Assembly: GCF_001194135.2 (NCBI RefSeq)
Contig: NC_068998.1
Coordinates: 38,384,732 to 38,448,378 of the forward strand
Direction: 5' to 3'
Length of the DNA stretch: 63,647 bases
Source: Octopus bimaculoides
Lineage: Eukaryota
Shown: positions 23,887 to 35,503 of the stretch, piece by piece
Position numbering within the stretch: position 1 is the first letter of the stretch
Layout of the letters: each line of letters starts with the position of its first letter
The notes under the pieces: generated by a model
Databases searched by the model: none
Told to the model about the DNA's origin: nothing
What the model saw: the letters and a program-made list of their open reading frames with translations, nothing else
Position numbers and translations under genes: made by a program

Positions 23887-24236
23887 AGCGCTGGAGTGGC
23901 TGTGTAGTAAGAAGCTTGCCTCCCTACCACATGGTTCTGGGTTCAGTCCTATTGCTCAGCACCATGGGCAAGTGTCTTCTGCTATAGCCTCAGGCTAACT
24001 TAAGCCTTGTGAATGGATTTGGTAAACAGAAACTGAAAGAAGCCCATCATATATGTGTCTGCGTTTGTCCCCTCAACACCGCTTCACAACCGTTGATGTG
24101 TTTACATCCCTGTAACCTAGCAGTAAGTACCAGGCTTTAAAAATAAGTACTGGGCTCGATTCATTCAACTAAATATTCAAGGTGGTGCCCCAGTATGGCC
24201 ACAGTCTAATGACTGAAACAAGTAAAAGATAAAAGA
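23887..24236 (+). mobile_element. tRNA-derived SINE, family B, older copy in tandem
   Basis: Same head, core and tail as 23502-23848 with more substitutions. Confidence 0.85.
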
Positions 24237-24403
24237 TATATATAAACACATGTATATTTATGCATATATTTTAATTGTGCTTTGCTAATCTGGATTATTT
24301 CCTTGTATCTAAAGTGTTTTGTGGTTGATGTCACTTGATCATACCTATTAGGGAATCTGAAACATGTGTGAATGTAAATGTTTATATATTCACACTCATT
24401 ATA

Positions 24404-25722
24404 TACAGAGAGGACGGACATTTTTGAAATGGCTATTACTCAGCCCTGGGAGAAGAAACTTTTGTCCGACAGGCTCCATTCAGTCTGTCTTAGCATTGTG
24501 TTCTTTTCTTTTCAGGTGAAGCCATGGCACTGTGGACGATAGAGCATTGCATGTTTTCCTATAACAGTTACATGAAGAATAACGAGTCTGTCACAGCAGT
24601 GAGTTTTGGTGCCACTTCAACATTCACCAAAATCAGGCTGTTCCCTCCTGTAACACGATCTTACGTTGGGCGAATGCACTTCGTACACGAGGTACACTAA
24701 TGAATAGGAAACCGTTGGGGTGTCATGAATGGTACAGACCCCAGAAAATGTGGAACGCATCAGACAAGCTTTGATACGGAGTCTGAATCACTCTGCTCAT
24801 AGGCATTCCACTGAATTTGGCATCGATAACCAATCGGTAAGGTGAATTTTGCAAGAAGACCTGCATTTTCACCCGTACAAACTGGTCGTTGGGCAACAGT
24901 TGAAACCATGGGACTATGCACAGCAGCTTCACTTCGCACGTCAGATGGAAGTAATTTTTGAGGCAAATGACAACCTCATTTTGTTAATGAGTGATGAAGC
25001 TTATTTTCATCTCAATGGCATAGTGAATCAACAGAACTGTCGTTATTGGACTCTTGAAAATCCGAGAGAACACGAAAGACCACTGCACAGCCCAAAAGTG
25101 ATGGTCTGGTGTGCTGTTGGAAAAGCTGCAGTCATTGGTCCTTACTTTTTTGAAAACAATAATGGAAATGCTGTTACTGTGAACTCCAAGCATTACATGA
25201 AGATGATAAACAACTTCTTTGTACCTGAATTACAATGAAAATGTATGCCTATTTGACATATGTGATTTCAACAAGATGGTTCAACGAACCCACACAGCCA
25301 GAGCCTCTCTCTGGTGACCGCCTCATTTCCAGGTTTGCTGACATTCCTTGGTCCACTGATTTGTCCATGTGTAATTATTTCTTGTGGGGAAACCTCAAGG
25401 CTCATGTGTATGCACATAAGCCCTGTACATTGGATGATTTGAAGGAATTTATTCATGTGGAAGTCACCCAAATCAACAAAGCAATGCTGGAGAGAGTAGA
25501 GGCCAGCTTCCTAGAATGCCTTCAGAAATGCATCAATGAAAACAGACACCACATAATAGATGTTGTTTTCCTCGCTTGATTTTGACAAATGCTAATTCAA
25601 TCCAAACACATTGATGTCAATAAAATTTTTCAAAAACAACCGTCCTCTCTGCCCCCACCTTGTACAGACCGTCTTCTCTGCCCCCACCTTGTACAGACCG
25701 TCTTCTCTGCCCCCACCATGTA
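24404..25722 (+). mobile_element. Tc1/mariner-superfamily transposon with DUF4817-type N-terminus (rosa-like); transposase pseudogene at about 24524-25579
   Basis: TIR cores cagagaggacgg(ac/tt)...tttttgaaa at both ends. Protein remnants MALWTIEHCMF, MSDEAYFHLNG..VNQQNCRYW, VMVWCAVG..VIGPYFFE, FQQDG and TDLSMCNYFLWG, with frameshifts. Confidence 0.85.
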
Positions 25723-25779
25723 GTTCCTATACAACAGGAACCTGCTCTACTCTAACCTCTTTCCTCATTTAACGTACAG

Positions 25780-25980
25780 AGGTAATGTGCTCCCTCCTTG
25801 GGTTTCTTGACTTGCAAGCTGCACAATGACCTCAATAGTACTGGAAAAGCATCCAGCTATGGAAACTTTGCCACAGCAGACACTGGAGTATGATGCAGTC
25901 CTTTACTCCCTCGATCCTTGTCAAACTGTTCAACCCATGCCAGCATGGAACATGGACATTAAATGATGACCATTCTGATG
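25780..25980 (+). mobile_element. Fragment of a short retroelement with a LINE-type 3' tail ending in (GAT)n
   Basis: aacccatgccagcatggaacatggacattaaatgatga tail shared with 29804-30090. Confidence 0.65.
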
Positions 25981-26342
25981 ATAATATATATAGGTGCAGG
26001 TATGGATGATTAAAGAGCTTGCTTCCCAACCACTTTGTTTTGGTTCAGTCCCACTGCATGACACCTTGGACATCTTCTCTATATCCTCGGGCCAACCAAA
26101 GTTTTGTGAGTGGAACTGGTTGACGGAAACTGGAAGAAGCCCATTGTATGTAGAGCTAATAGGATTATCAATCTGGGCAAAATATTTCATAAGTTCTCTG
26201 TGGTACAGCAGGCAAACAATATTGTTTAGCTTAGAGAAAAACCCCAAATATTCTTATAACAGGGTCCAAGGTTATGGTTTATCACAATTCTATACTGTAA
26301 ATCCGTGGTTGGCCTCCAGACAAGCTGGTTTTTACAGAGTGA

Positions 26343-26690
26343 TATATAAGACAAGTTATAGATAATGGTCATTACATAATTTTCCTTTATTAAAGCAAAT
26401 TTGGCTTACAGCTGTTTCCAGTAGTCATTATAGGTTTCTCAATTGGTTTATTGATCAATTGAGAAAAGCTGAACAACCTAAAAAGTTAATGCTGATTTTG
26501 TCAGAGCAATTTAACTAGGAATGGCTCTGACAAAGTAGCATTAATTTTCTTAGGTCATTCAATTTATCTCAATGGAGTAAATGTATCAGTAGTGTACCTA
26601 TAATGATTACTAGAAACAGCTGTAAGCCAAATTTGCTCTAATTAAGGAAAAATATGTAATGACCATTATCTATAACTTGTCTCATATATA
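26343..26690. repeat. About 350-bp foldback (near-complete inverted repeat) element
   Basis: Outer arms 26343-26435 and 26595-26690 (about 90% identical as reverse complements); inner arms 26459-26510 and 26520-26572; short loop; TA-rich ends. Confidence 0.85.
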
Positions 26691-26900
26691 GGCATGGCTG
26701 TGTGGTAAGTAGCTTGCTTCCTAACCACATGGTTTCAGGTTCAGTCCCACTGCATGGCACCTTGGGCAAGTGTCTTTTGCTATAGCCTCGAGCCGACCAA
26801 AACCTTGTGAGTGGATTTGGTCAACAGAAACTGAAAGAAGCCTGTCGTATATATATATATATATATTTGTGTATCTGTGTTTGTCTCTCCACCATCACTT
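26691..26900 (+). mobile_element. tRNA-derived SINE, family B, 3'-truncated
   Basis: ggcatggctgtgtggtaagtagcttgc head and core. Confidence 0.8.
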
Positions 26901-27676
26901 GACACCTGCATCACTGATCTTTTCATTGCTGCAATCTCTGTACATCACAACCCTAACCTTCGTCAACTTGAACACTTCTTGAACTTGATATTTGGGGCAG
27001 CCATAACTACCCAACCCTGATATGTCCCCCACTTCACCAACATGAAAGTTGGTGGAATTCCAAGCCATCGGCAGATCTTTTTGCTCTCCCATCTCTCAAT
27101 TAATTCTACAGATCCCATCTGCACTTCTTTGACTGTCAATACCCAGACACATGCCACCCAGAGATTTGGTAGAAGCCTGTGCAAGAAGACCCAGCCCTTA
27201 ATTTTTCCCTAACTCCCTCTGACTTCCTCATTGATCATCTGCCTGTTTGTCTGTGTAGAATGCACTGCTTCTGACAACGAGACAGACATTTTTTCATCTT
27301 AATCATTTACTTGTTTCGGTCATTAGACTGTGCCATGCTGGGGCCCACTTTAAATTTTTAGTCAAACAAATTAACCTCAGTACTTATTTTGAAGACTCAT
27401 ACTTATTCTATCAAGCCATTAAGTTATGGGGATGTAAACAAACTAACACCGATTGTCAAGCAGCAGTGTTGGGGTCAAACATAGACACAAAGGTACACAC
27501 ACACATTATATATATCTATATATCTGGACAGCTCCCTGCTAGCCAGCTCCATGTCAAACCATCCGACCCATGTCATCATGGGGACCAGACATTAAATGAT
27601 GATGATGATATCTATATATAGTATATGTATATTATATATATATATCTATATATAATATATATATATATATATATAT

Positions 27677-28064
27677 TTATTCTTTTATTTGTTTTGGTCA
27701 TTTGACTGAAGCCATGCCGGAGCACTGCTTTTAGTAGAGCAAATCAACCTCAGGACTTATTCTTTGTAAGCCTAGTACTTATTCTATCGGTCTCTTTTGA
27801 CGAACCACTAAGTTACAAGGATGTAAACACACCAGCATTGGTTGTCAAGCAATGTTGGGGGGACAAACACAGACACACAAACATGTATATATATATATAT
27901 ATATACGACGGGCTTCTTTCTCAGTTTCCATCTACCAAATCCACTCGCAAGGCTTTGGTCAGCCCAAGGCTATAGTAGAAGATACTTGCCCAAGGTGCGA
28001 CACAGTGGGACTGAACCTAGAGCCATGTGGTGGGTAAGCAAGCTACTAACCACACAGCCACTCC
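27677..28064 (-). mobile_element. tRNA-derived SINE, family B, near full length (further fragments at about 27290-27500 and 28090-28210)
   Basis: Reverse complement of 23502-23848. Confidence 0.9.
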
Positions 28065-28224
28065 ATATATATATATATATATATATATGACGGGCCTTTC
28101 AGTTTCCATCTTCCAAATCCGTTTGCAAGGCTTTGGTTGACATGAAATTCTAATAGAAGACACCTACCCAAGGTCCCATGCAGTGGGACTGAACCCAGAA
28201 CCATGTGGTGTCATTTTTGTATAA

Positions 28225-28535
28225 TATTTTATTGGGTATTCCTTTTTTGATGGCTTAAACCCCATCCTGAACTTGGAGTTAAAACTTTCTGGTAATTTCC
28301 CCATTTCTGAACTTCATTTTTGCCCTTGTTGCCACATCATGCAATACTTTCAGGACCTGCCTTGCCTTTAAATGGGTTGGAGGAAGCTGTTAGAGTTAGG
28401 TCATCCATGAAGTATCTCATTGCTGGCTTGCAGGTAGCAGAGTTCATTACTCTCACCCCCATTGGATTCCTTCCTTGATGTTGTTACAAACAGATTCATT
28501 CCCATGACAAATAAGATGGGCGAGAGAGATAGCAT
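28225..28535 (-). mobile_element. HERO/NeSL-like non-LTR retrotransposon reverse-transcriptase fragment
   Basis: Minus-strand remnants [12 protein letters not shown]...RYFMDDLTLTA...VLHDVATRAKMKF; the FMDDLT catalytic motif is typical of HERO-like RTs; frameshifted. Confidence 0.7.
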
Positions 28536-28574
28536 ATGTAGTAGACTCAGAATGTATGTCTCTGCCTGTACATT

Positions 28575-28960
<386 letters not shown>

Positions 28961-29029
28961 TCATACCAACTGAACTAAATATATATGGTGATAGCAGCAT
29001 GGAAAAATAGACATAAACATATTGTTGAT

Positions 29030-29300
29030 GATGATGATGATGATCATCATCATCATCATCATCACCATCATCTTCATTTAATATCTGTATCCCATGCTGA
29101 CATATGTTGACCAGTTCAACAGGAATTGACTAGGCAGAGGACTGCATTGAGCTTCAGCATGGTCTCTATGTCTGGACACCCTTCCTAACATCAGCCACTC
29201 TACAATGAGTGCTGAGTGCTTTTCCATGGTTCTGTTACTTGTGAAGTCACCAAGTAACATGCAAGAAAAGATGCCCTCGACAGACTGGGAGTGTAGTACT
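29030..29300 (-). mobile_element. Short retroelement with LINE-type 3' tail ((ATC)n on the + strand)
   Basis: (CAT)n followed by tttaatatctgtatcccatgctgacat...ggacacccttcctaac; reverse complement of the 29804-30090 family. Confidence 0.7.
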
Positions 29301-29679
29301 GAGAGAGCTGGCTTTGTGTCTGGTGTTAAAAAGTGAAAATATAAAAGAGGGCAAGAACAGGTATCTTGCTGTAAAGGAGATGCATGGCCACCCCAACTTG
29401 AAAGCAAGAATGAATAGTGGAAATGAGATGTGATGGTATGCTCTCAATGTACAAGAAAATCGATCAAGAGAGAAGAGGGACAGAAAATCAAGGATGGTAA
29501 GTGAGTTTGGAAGGGGTGTGACAGATGGTGAGTGATGGAGATAGAGGTGAATGGTGAACATGGTTGGAGGCGTGGTTAATGATGGAATCTCAGTTTGGAA
29601 GAAGATAAAGGAAAATAGCAATGAGTCAGAGAGGAGGAGGGGATGATTGGTGACAATACATAATATGAAACCTGTGGAT

Positions 29680-30139
29680 CAGGGATTCTCAACCCTTTTT
29701 TTTTATCTATGAAACCCACTTTGATTACTATTTCATTCTGGTGGATCCCCATAGCCATTGAGTGTTTAAAACTTGTTTTATAGAATGTTATTTATTAATG
29801 TTTTCATACAGCCGCTGGACTGGCTCCTGTGCAGGTGGCACATAAAATACACCATTTTGAGTGTGGCCATTGCCAGTACCGCCTGACTGGCCTTCGTGCC
29901 GGTGGCACGTAAATGCACCCACTACACTCTCGGAATGGTTGGCGTTAGGAAGGGCAACCAGCTGTAGAAACTCTGCCAAATCAGATTGGAACCTGGTATA
30001 GCCATCTGGTACACCAATCATCAGTCAAATCGTCCAACCCATGCTAGCATGGAAAGTGGACGTTAAACGATGATGATGATGATGATGATGTTATATAGAC
30101 CCCCAAAAATCTTATATGGACCTTGGTTGAGAACCACTG
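29680..30139 (-). mobile_element. hAT-type MITE interrupted by a nested retroelement
   Basis: TIRs cagggattctcaacc / ggttgagaaccactg; decayed 8-bp TSD ctgtggat / ctgtaaat; body homologous to 36575-36920 in the opposite orientation. Confidence 0.75.
29804..30090 (+). mobile_element. Young short retroelement ending in (GAT)n, nested in the hAT MITE
   Basis: ggtggcacgtaaatgcacccactacactctcggaatggttggcgttaggaagggc...aacccatgctagcatggaaagtggacgttaaacgatgatgatg; other copies at 29030, 41560, 25780, 27540 and 33520. Confidence 0.8.
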
Positions 30140-30470
30140 CTGTAAATAGATGAGAAATAGAGTTGATGTGAAGTGTTAGGGAAAGAAAGGATGCACTATA
30201 GACAGCAAAAAATGTCAGAGGCTCACAGGAGTGGATATAGAAAGTGGCAAAGAGGGGTGTCAATGGCAGGTATTGGAAGGGGTTCTTCAGTGGGAAATAA
30301 AGTAGGAAGGAATGATGTTGAGCTCACAGGGTGAGTGACATAATAAATGGTTCTAAAGAAAAGGATAACTTGTAGCAGAGAGGAGGGGTGGATTATGTAT
30401 AGTTCTACAATTGAGGAAAGAGGGCTGTAGTTAGGAGGGTGAAAGAGAGGTGGGTGTTACAAAGAGGAAT

Positions 30471-30711
30471 AAGGCAGCGAGCTGGCAGAAACATTAGCAC
30501 GACGGGCGAAATGCTTAGCGGTATTTCGTCTGTCTCTACGTTCTGAGTTCAAATTCTGCCGAGGTTGACTTTACCTTTCATCCTTTCGGGGTCGATTAAA
30601 TAAGTACCAGTTGCGCACTGGGGTCGATACAATCAACTTAATCCGTTTGTCTGTCCCCTCTGTGTGTAGCCCCTTGTGGGCAGTAAAAAATAAACTAAAA
30701 TAAAATAAAAT
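30471..30711 (+). mobile_element. tRNA-derived SINE, family A, young copy with 9-bp TSD
   Basis: Close to 4081-4297; TSD aagaggaat at 30462-30470 and 30712-30720. Confidence 0.9.
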
Positions 30712-30829
30712 AAGAGGAATTGTAGAGAAGGGCTGACAGATAAAAGATTGAGTTCAGAGGAATAGATATTAATGACATGCTTTTTGAACCTTATTTTTGC
30801 TTAGATAAACAGATTTTCTCAAGTACAAT

Positions 30830-31830
30830 GAATCACCAATCATCTCAGCCCTTTCTCATTTCCTCCATGGGGCTCACCAACCTGAGGTTACACTTCACTG
30901 CTTTGTCCCATGTCACTTTGGGTCTCCCTCTTCAACAAGTTCCATCCAGATTTAGTGATCAGCACTTCTTCATGCGGCTTTCCTCATCCATACACATTAC
31001 ATGACAAAATAAGCCCAGCCTTCTCTCTTGCACACCACATCTGATGTCCCTTGTGCCCAATATTCCCCTCAACACATTTGCACTTTGTTGTACACACACA
31101 CCGATGCTACAATCTACCTTTCATTCTAACTCTAAAAGAGAAGCTTTTTTGTTCCCAACAGAGGTAATTGCTTCCTGAATTTCTTCCAGCCGGTTTGTCT
31201 TTTAGCAGCTATACTTTCAGAACATCCCTCCTCCTCTGCTAATTAGGTCAGCCAGGTAACTGGAACTACAAACTCTAAAGACCCTCCTTGGCATTCAAGA
31301 AAACCTATTTCCCATGAGTTCATAGTGTTCCTTGTTCCTGCACATCTGCCACAAGCAAAACCTACTTTCTCTGCTAATCTTCTTGTGGATCCACTGCACC
31401 TTTTCTATTTCCATAGTTTGCACTGGGTACACCATATGAAATGTCTACCTACACCTTTCTACATTTCAGACAAAATCATTTTCCTGAAGAGATGGGTGTA
31501 CTATTTTCCTGCTAAATTAACTCTAAAGCTCTCTAATTCCAAGTATGCTTCCATACTTAAAATTCTTCTTCTTATTCTATTACAGACTCAGCTTAAGAAC
31601 AAGGTCCTTGGAGTAAAAGAGTTCCCAGGCAACCAGTCTTAAACTTCTCTGTTATGGTCTGGAGAACAATGATGAATAGAAGGGGAGTGAGAGCTGAGCC
31701 TTGGTGAATTCCTACATGCGCACTATATCCATCACTGAATTCCTACATGCACACTATATCCATCACTGCTATTGTGTGTGCATATAATATAGGTTTTTCA
31801 ACAATTTATGCTTGTATATCAAGAATGTCT
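30830..31830 (-). mobile_element. RTE-clade LINE, decayed 3' portion (RT end, Cys-rich insertion, C-terminus)
   Basis: Remnants VGIHQGSALTPLLFIIVLQ, ELFYSKDLVL (YADDL motif), RKGVGRHFIWCTQCKLW..RCS..FACGRCAG and RRLGLFCHVMCMDE..RGRPKVTWD. Confidence 0.85.
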
Positions 31831-31847
31831 TTTCTAATTCAACTACA

Positions 31848-32450
31848 GGTGCAGGAGTGGCTGTGTGGTAAGTGGTTTGCTTACCAACCACATGGTTCTG
31901 GGTTCAGTCCCACTGTGTGGCACCTTGGGCAAGTGTCTTCTACTATAGCCTCGGGCCGACCACCAAAGCCTTGTGAGTGGATTTGGTAGACGGAAACTGA
32001 AAGAAGCCCGTCGTATATATATATATATATATATGGGAGAATATACGAAAAAACAACAACAGACGAGGACAGGTGGTGTAAATAACAAAAGGATGTATTA
32101 GTATGACGCTCGGGAATACGGAAAGTCTTTGACGCTTCGAGCTACGCTCTTCAACAGAAAGAATACGGAGACAAGGAGAAAAACACGGAGAAAAAAAATT
32201 GAATAGTGTTCAGTCAACGGTCAATCATGTATGTATGTGTATGCATATGTTTGTGTGTGTTTGTCCCCCCACCATCGCTTGACAACCAATGTTAGTGTGT
32301 TTACGTCCCCGTAAGCTAGCAGTTCAGCAAAAAGAGACCTATAGAATAAGTACTAGGCTTACAAAGAATAAGTCCTGGGGTTGATTTGCTTGACTAAAGG
32401 CGGTGCTCCAGCATGGCCGCAGTCAAATGACTGAAACAAGTAAAATAATA
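31848..32450 (+). mobile_element. tRNA-derived SINE, family B, young copy split by a Penelope-like insert in its (TA)n
   Basis: Intact head at 31848-32015 and tail at 32229-32450; foreign sequence at 32035-32228. Confidence 0.9.
32035..32228 (-). mobile_element. Penelope-like terminal-repeat fragment containing a degenerate hammerhead motif (32126-32162)
   Basis: Minus strand UCUUU-CUGUUGA-A-GAGC(GUA)GCUC-GAAG-CGUC-AAAGA: stems I and II are intact, with core changes A6U and A15.1G; inserted in (TA)n. Confidence 0.55.
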
Positions 32451-32469
32451 AAAAAAAAAGGTAAGATAA

Positions 32470-32660
32470 TACAGATTCAGCTTAAGAACAAGGCCCTCGG
32501 AGTAAAAGAGTTCCCCTGGCAACCACTTTCTGTTGTGATCTGGAGAACTACGATGAACAGAAAGGGATTGAGAGTTGAGCTTTAGTGAACTCTTTTACAT
32601 GCTCACTAAATTCCTCATTGAACTCATTGCTAACTCTCACCATACTACTGTTATGTGTGA
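32470..32660 (-). mobile_element. Second copy of the RTE RT segment seen at about 31580-31720
   Basis: cagcttaagaacaagg.cct.ggagtaaaagagttccc is shared with 31590-31627. Confidence 0.7.
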
Positions 32661-32704
32661 AAATAATAAAGGTTCTTCAACAATTCATAACATTCGTTTC
32701 AAAT

Positions 32705-32882
32705 TGTGGCAATTTCAGGGGCAGGGTTTAGTCAATTACATTGACCCCAGAATTCAATTGCTACTTATTTCATCTACTCTGAAAGGATGAAAGGCAAAGT
32801 CGACCTTGGCACAATATGAACTCTGAACATAATGCCGCTAAGCATTTTGCCCAGCCTACTAACAATTCTGCCATCTCGTTAC
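32705..32882 (-). mobile_element. tRNA-derived SINE, family A, decayed
   Basis: tgaaaggatgaaaggcaaagtcgaccttggc...gctaacaattctgccatctcg. Confidence 0.75.
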
Positions 32883-33427
32883 CTGAACAATTTATAACAT
32901 TAAGAAGCAAAAGTACAAGTCAATGTAGCTGATGCTTGATTGATTCAGAGGAAAGCCAATGTGTTTTCGTGCTGCAAACAATTTTATTTTTTAAATCACA
33001 ACTAGCTTCTGTATTATTTGAATGGTTTAGTACCAAAACAATACAAGAGAATGCTGTTTTCAGAATCAATGGTCTTTGAAAACTGCATGCAGTTACATGA
33101 AGACATGACTATCAGAGAGACCTGGATGTTTACAGTTTGGTGCTCAAGAACCATTAAAATATGACATGACATTAGTGGACTTAATCTGTCCTGCAAAAAA
33201 AAAAAGACATCTGCAAATACTGAGGTGGAATGTAAAATAGTTATGCATTTGACGAGACCTTGAGAGAAACATGATTTCTTATGTCTTGTTTTTTTTCTAA
33301 AACTGAGATCTAAGAACCAGTATGTTTGATAATCCAGTCCTGGCCAAGTCCCAAACATGATGGATTAGAAGAACTGTACTTTTGCTATGGTGATACATAG
33401 ATACATAGAGATATTGATATATTTTCC

Positions 33428-33513
<86 letters not shown>

Positions 33514-33847
33514 TCTAACCATTGCCAGCATGGAAGACAGACGTTAAAAGCTGATGATGATAATATTATATAACATATATATATTATATATACTATGTAT
33601 ATATGTATATATATTATATATGTACAACTATGTATACACATAGACATACATACACACACATACATATGGCATCAAACTGATAGAGTTGTTGGAGCATTGG
33701 ATAAAACACCTGGAAGTATTTGTTCTAGCTCTCTGAGTTCAAATCCCACCTAAGTGAAGCTTGCCTTTCATTCATTTGGGGTCAATAAATAATGGGCAAT
33801 CAATAAAGATACATGCATATATGCATGTATGTGTATGTGTATATATA

Positions 33848-34730
33848 CAAGGTCTGATTAATAAGTATCTGGACTGTTGCCATAGTAACAAAGCACACAG
33901 AGTGAAGTTGCTTGATAAAAGATGACCTTGAACTCTGCTGTACGTGCACACTAAGTTTTAACGTTCTAGCTCACTTCCGCTGTTTACAGCAGTGCTTGGT
34001 AGGAAGGTGTGTAGCGTATGATAATTGCATTGACCATGACAGAGAAAGTTGTAATGGTGATACCTGCTTAGACGCCTATGAAAGCTGCAGAAAGTGTATG
34101 GCGAGGAGTGTATGAGCCGCACACAAGTGTACGAGAGGTTCAGACATTTCCAAGATGGCTGAAAAATGTCGATATTGACAAATGTTCTGGGAGACCAGCA
34201 ACCAGCAGAACCGAGAAGAACATCACAGATGTACATGCATCTGTGAGGGGAAATCATTGAATCACCATCCATGAGTTATCAGAGGATGTGCAGGTTAGTT
34301 ACGGTTCAGTTCAGTCCATTATCACTGAAAATTTGGGTATGAGACGCGTGTCTGCCAAGTTTGTGCCAAAACTGCTTTTGCCTGACCAAGAAGACACTCG
34401 GATTTCAGTTGAACAAGATCTCCTTGATTATGTCGGGAATGATGAAAACTTTCGGAAAACTTCACATAGGCTGCTGATCAGGTATCGCCAAGCTTTTGGC
34501 AAAATTTGATGCAGATTCTCTGCTCAACTTTCTCTGTCATGGTCAATACAATGATCACATGCTACACACCTTCCTTCCAAGCACTGCTGTAAGCAGCAAA
34601 AATGAGCTAAGTAATTACAACTTAGTGTGCAAGCACAGCAGTGTCCAAGGTCAATTTGTGCCAAGCAGCTTTACTTTATGTGCTTTAGCTTCGTTACTAT
34701 GGCAACAGTCCGATATTTATTGATCAGACC
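33848..34730 (+). mobile_element. Mariner deletion derivative with very long inverted ends (about 230-270 bp)
   Basis: TIR caaggtctgattaataagtatc..gactgttgccatagtaac at both ends. Central N-terminal transposase remnant (MSRTQVYERF..SGRPATS..GMRRVSAKFVPKLL). The right arm, 34462-34730, is an inverted copy of the left end including the transposase start. Confidence 0.85.
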
Positions 34731-34753
34731 ACACACACGCACACATACATATG

Positions 34754-34820
34754 TATGATGGGGTGCTGAAAAGTTCCTGGCTTTAAGGGTATCATGAAAG
34801 GCCTAGTTGGAAGCCCAATG
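34754..34820 (+). mobile_element. 5' fragment of the mariner-derived MITE family (compare 6984-7189)
   Basis: tatgatggggtgctgaaaagttcctggctttaagggtatcatgaaaggcc. Confidence 0.65.
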
Positions 34821-34900
34821 AAATTGTATGGATAATACCATACTTAATTCTGGTGCCTAAACTTAAGTACCATATTCACCTGAATCTATATATATATATA

Positions 34901-34912
34901 AGATCGGAAGAG
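34901..34912 (+). other. Illumina adapter remnant at a contig end (assembly artefact)
   Basis: AGATCGGAAGAG, the start of the TruSeq adapter read-through, immediately precedes the N gap at 34913-34947. Confidence 0.9.
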
Positions 34913-34947
34913 NNNNNNNNNNNNNNNNNNNNNNNNNNNNNNNNNNN

Positions 34948-34989
<42 letters not shown>

Positions 34990-35503
34990 TGTGTGTGTGT
35001 GTGTTTGAAGTGGTGTACAGATATTGTATATTGAGAAAATGGGGATAGTCAGAATTTTGGATAATTCTTTATTAGCACTTTCATATGTTTATCAAACTAG
35101 TCAAGACAAAATAAAAAGCAATGTGTGTGTGTGTATGCGTGCGCGTGCGTGTGCACGTCTTTGTATCTGCATTTGTCCCCCCACCACTGCCTCACAACCA
35201 GTGTAGGTGTGTTTACATCCCCATAACCTAGTAGTTCAACAAAAGATAATGATAGAACATGTACCAGACCAAAAACCAAGTCCTGGGGTCAATTTTTTTG
35301 ACTTAAACCCTTTAAAACAGTGCCCCAGCTTGGCCACAGTCTAATTACTGAAACGAATAAAGAATAAAAGATACTTCAAGTTAGGCAAAACAAAATCACC
35401 CCAGGACTGAAAGACATCGATATCTAATGGTCATTTCCATTCTTTGGTGTCACATACTCATTCACCACTGAATCAACCTGCTTTGGCCAGTTAGAGGTAT
35501 ATA

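Noticed and set aside
26900-27290. Possible LINE-derived coding remnant on the minus strand
   Set aside because: No diagnostic RT or endonuclease motif recovered.
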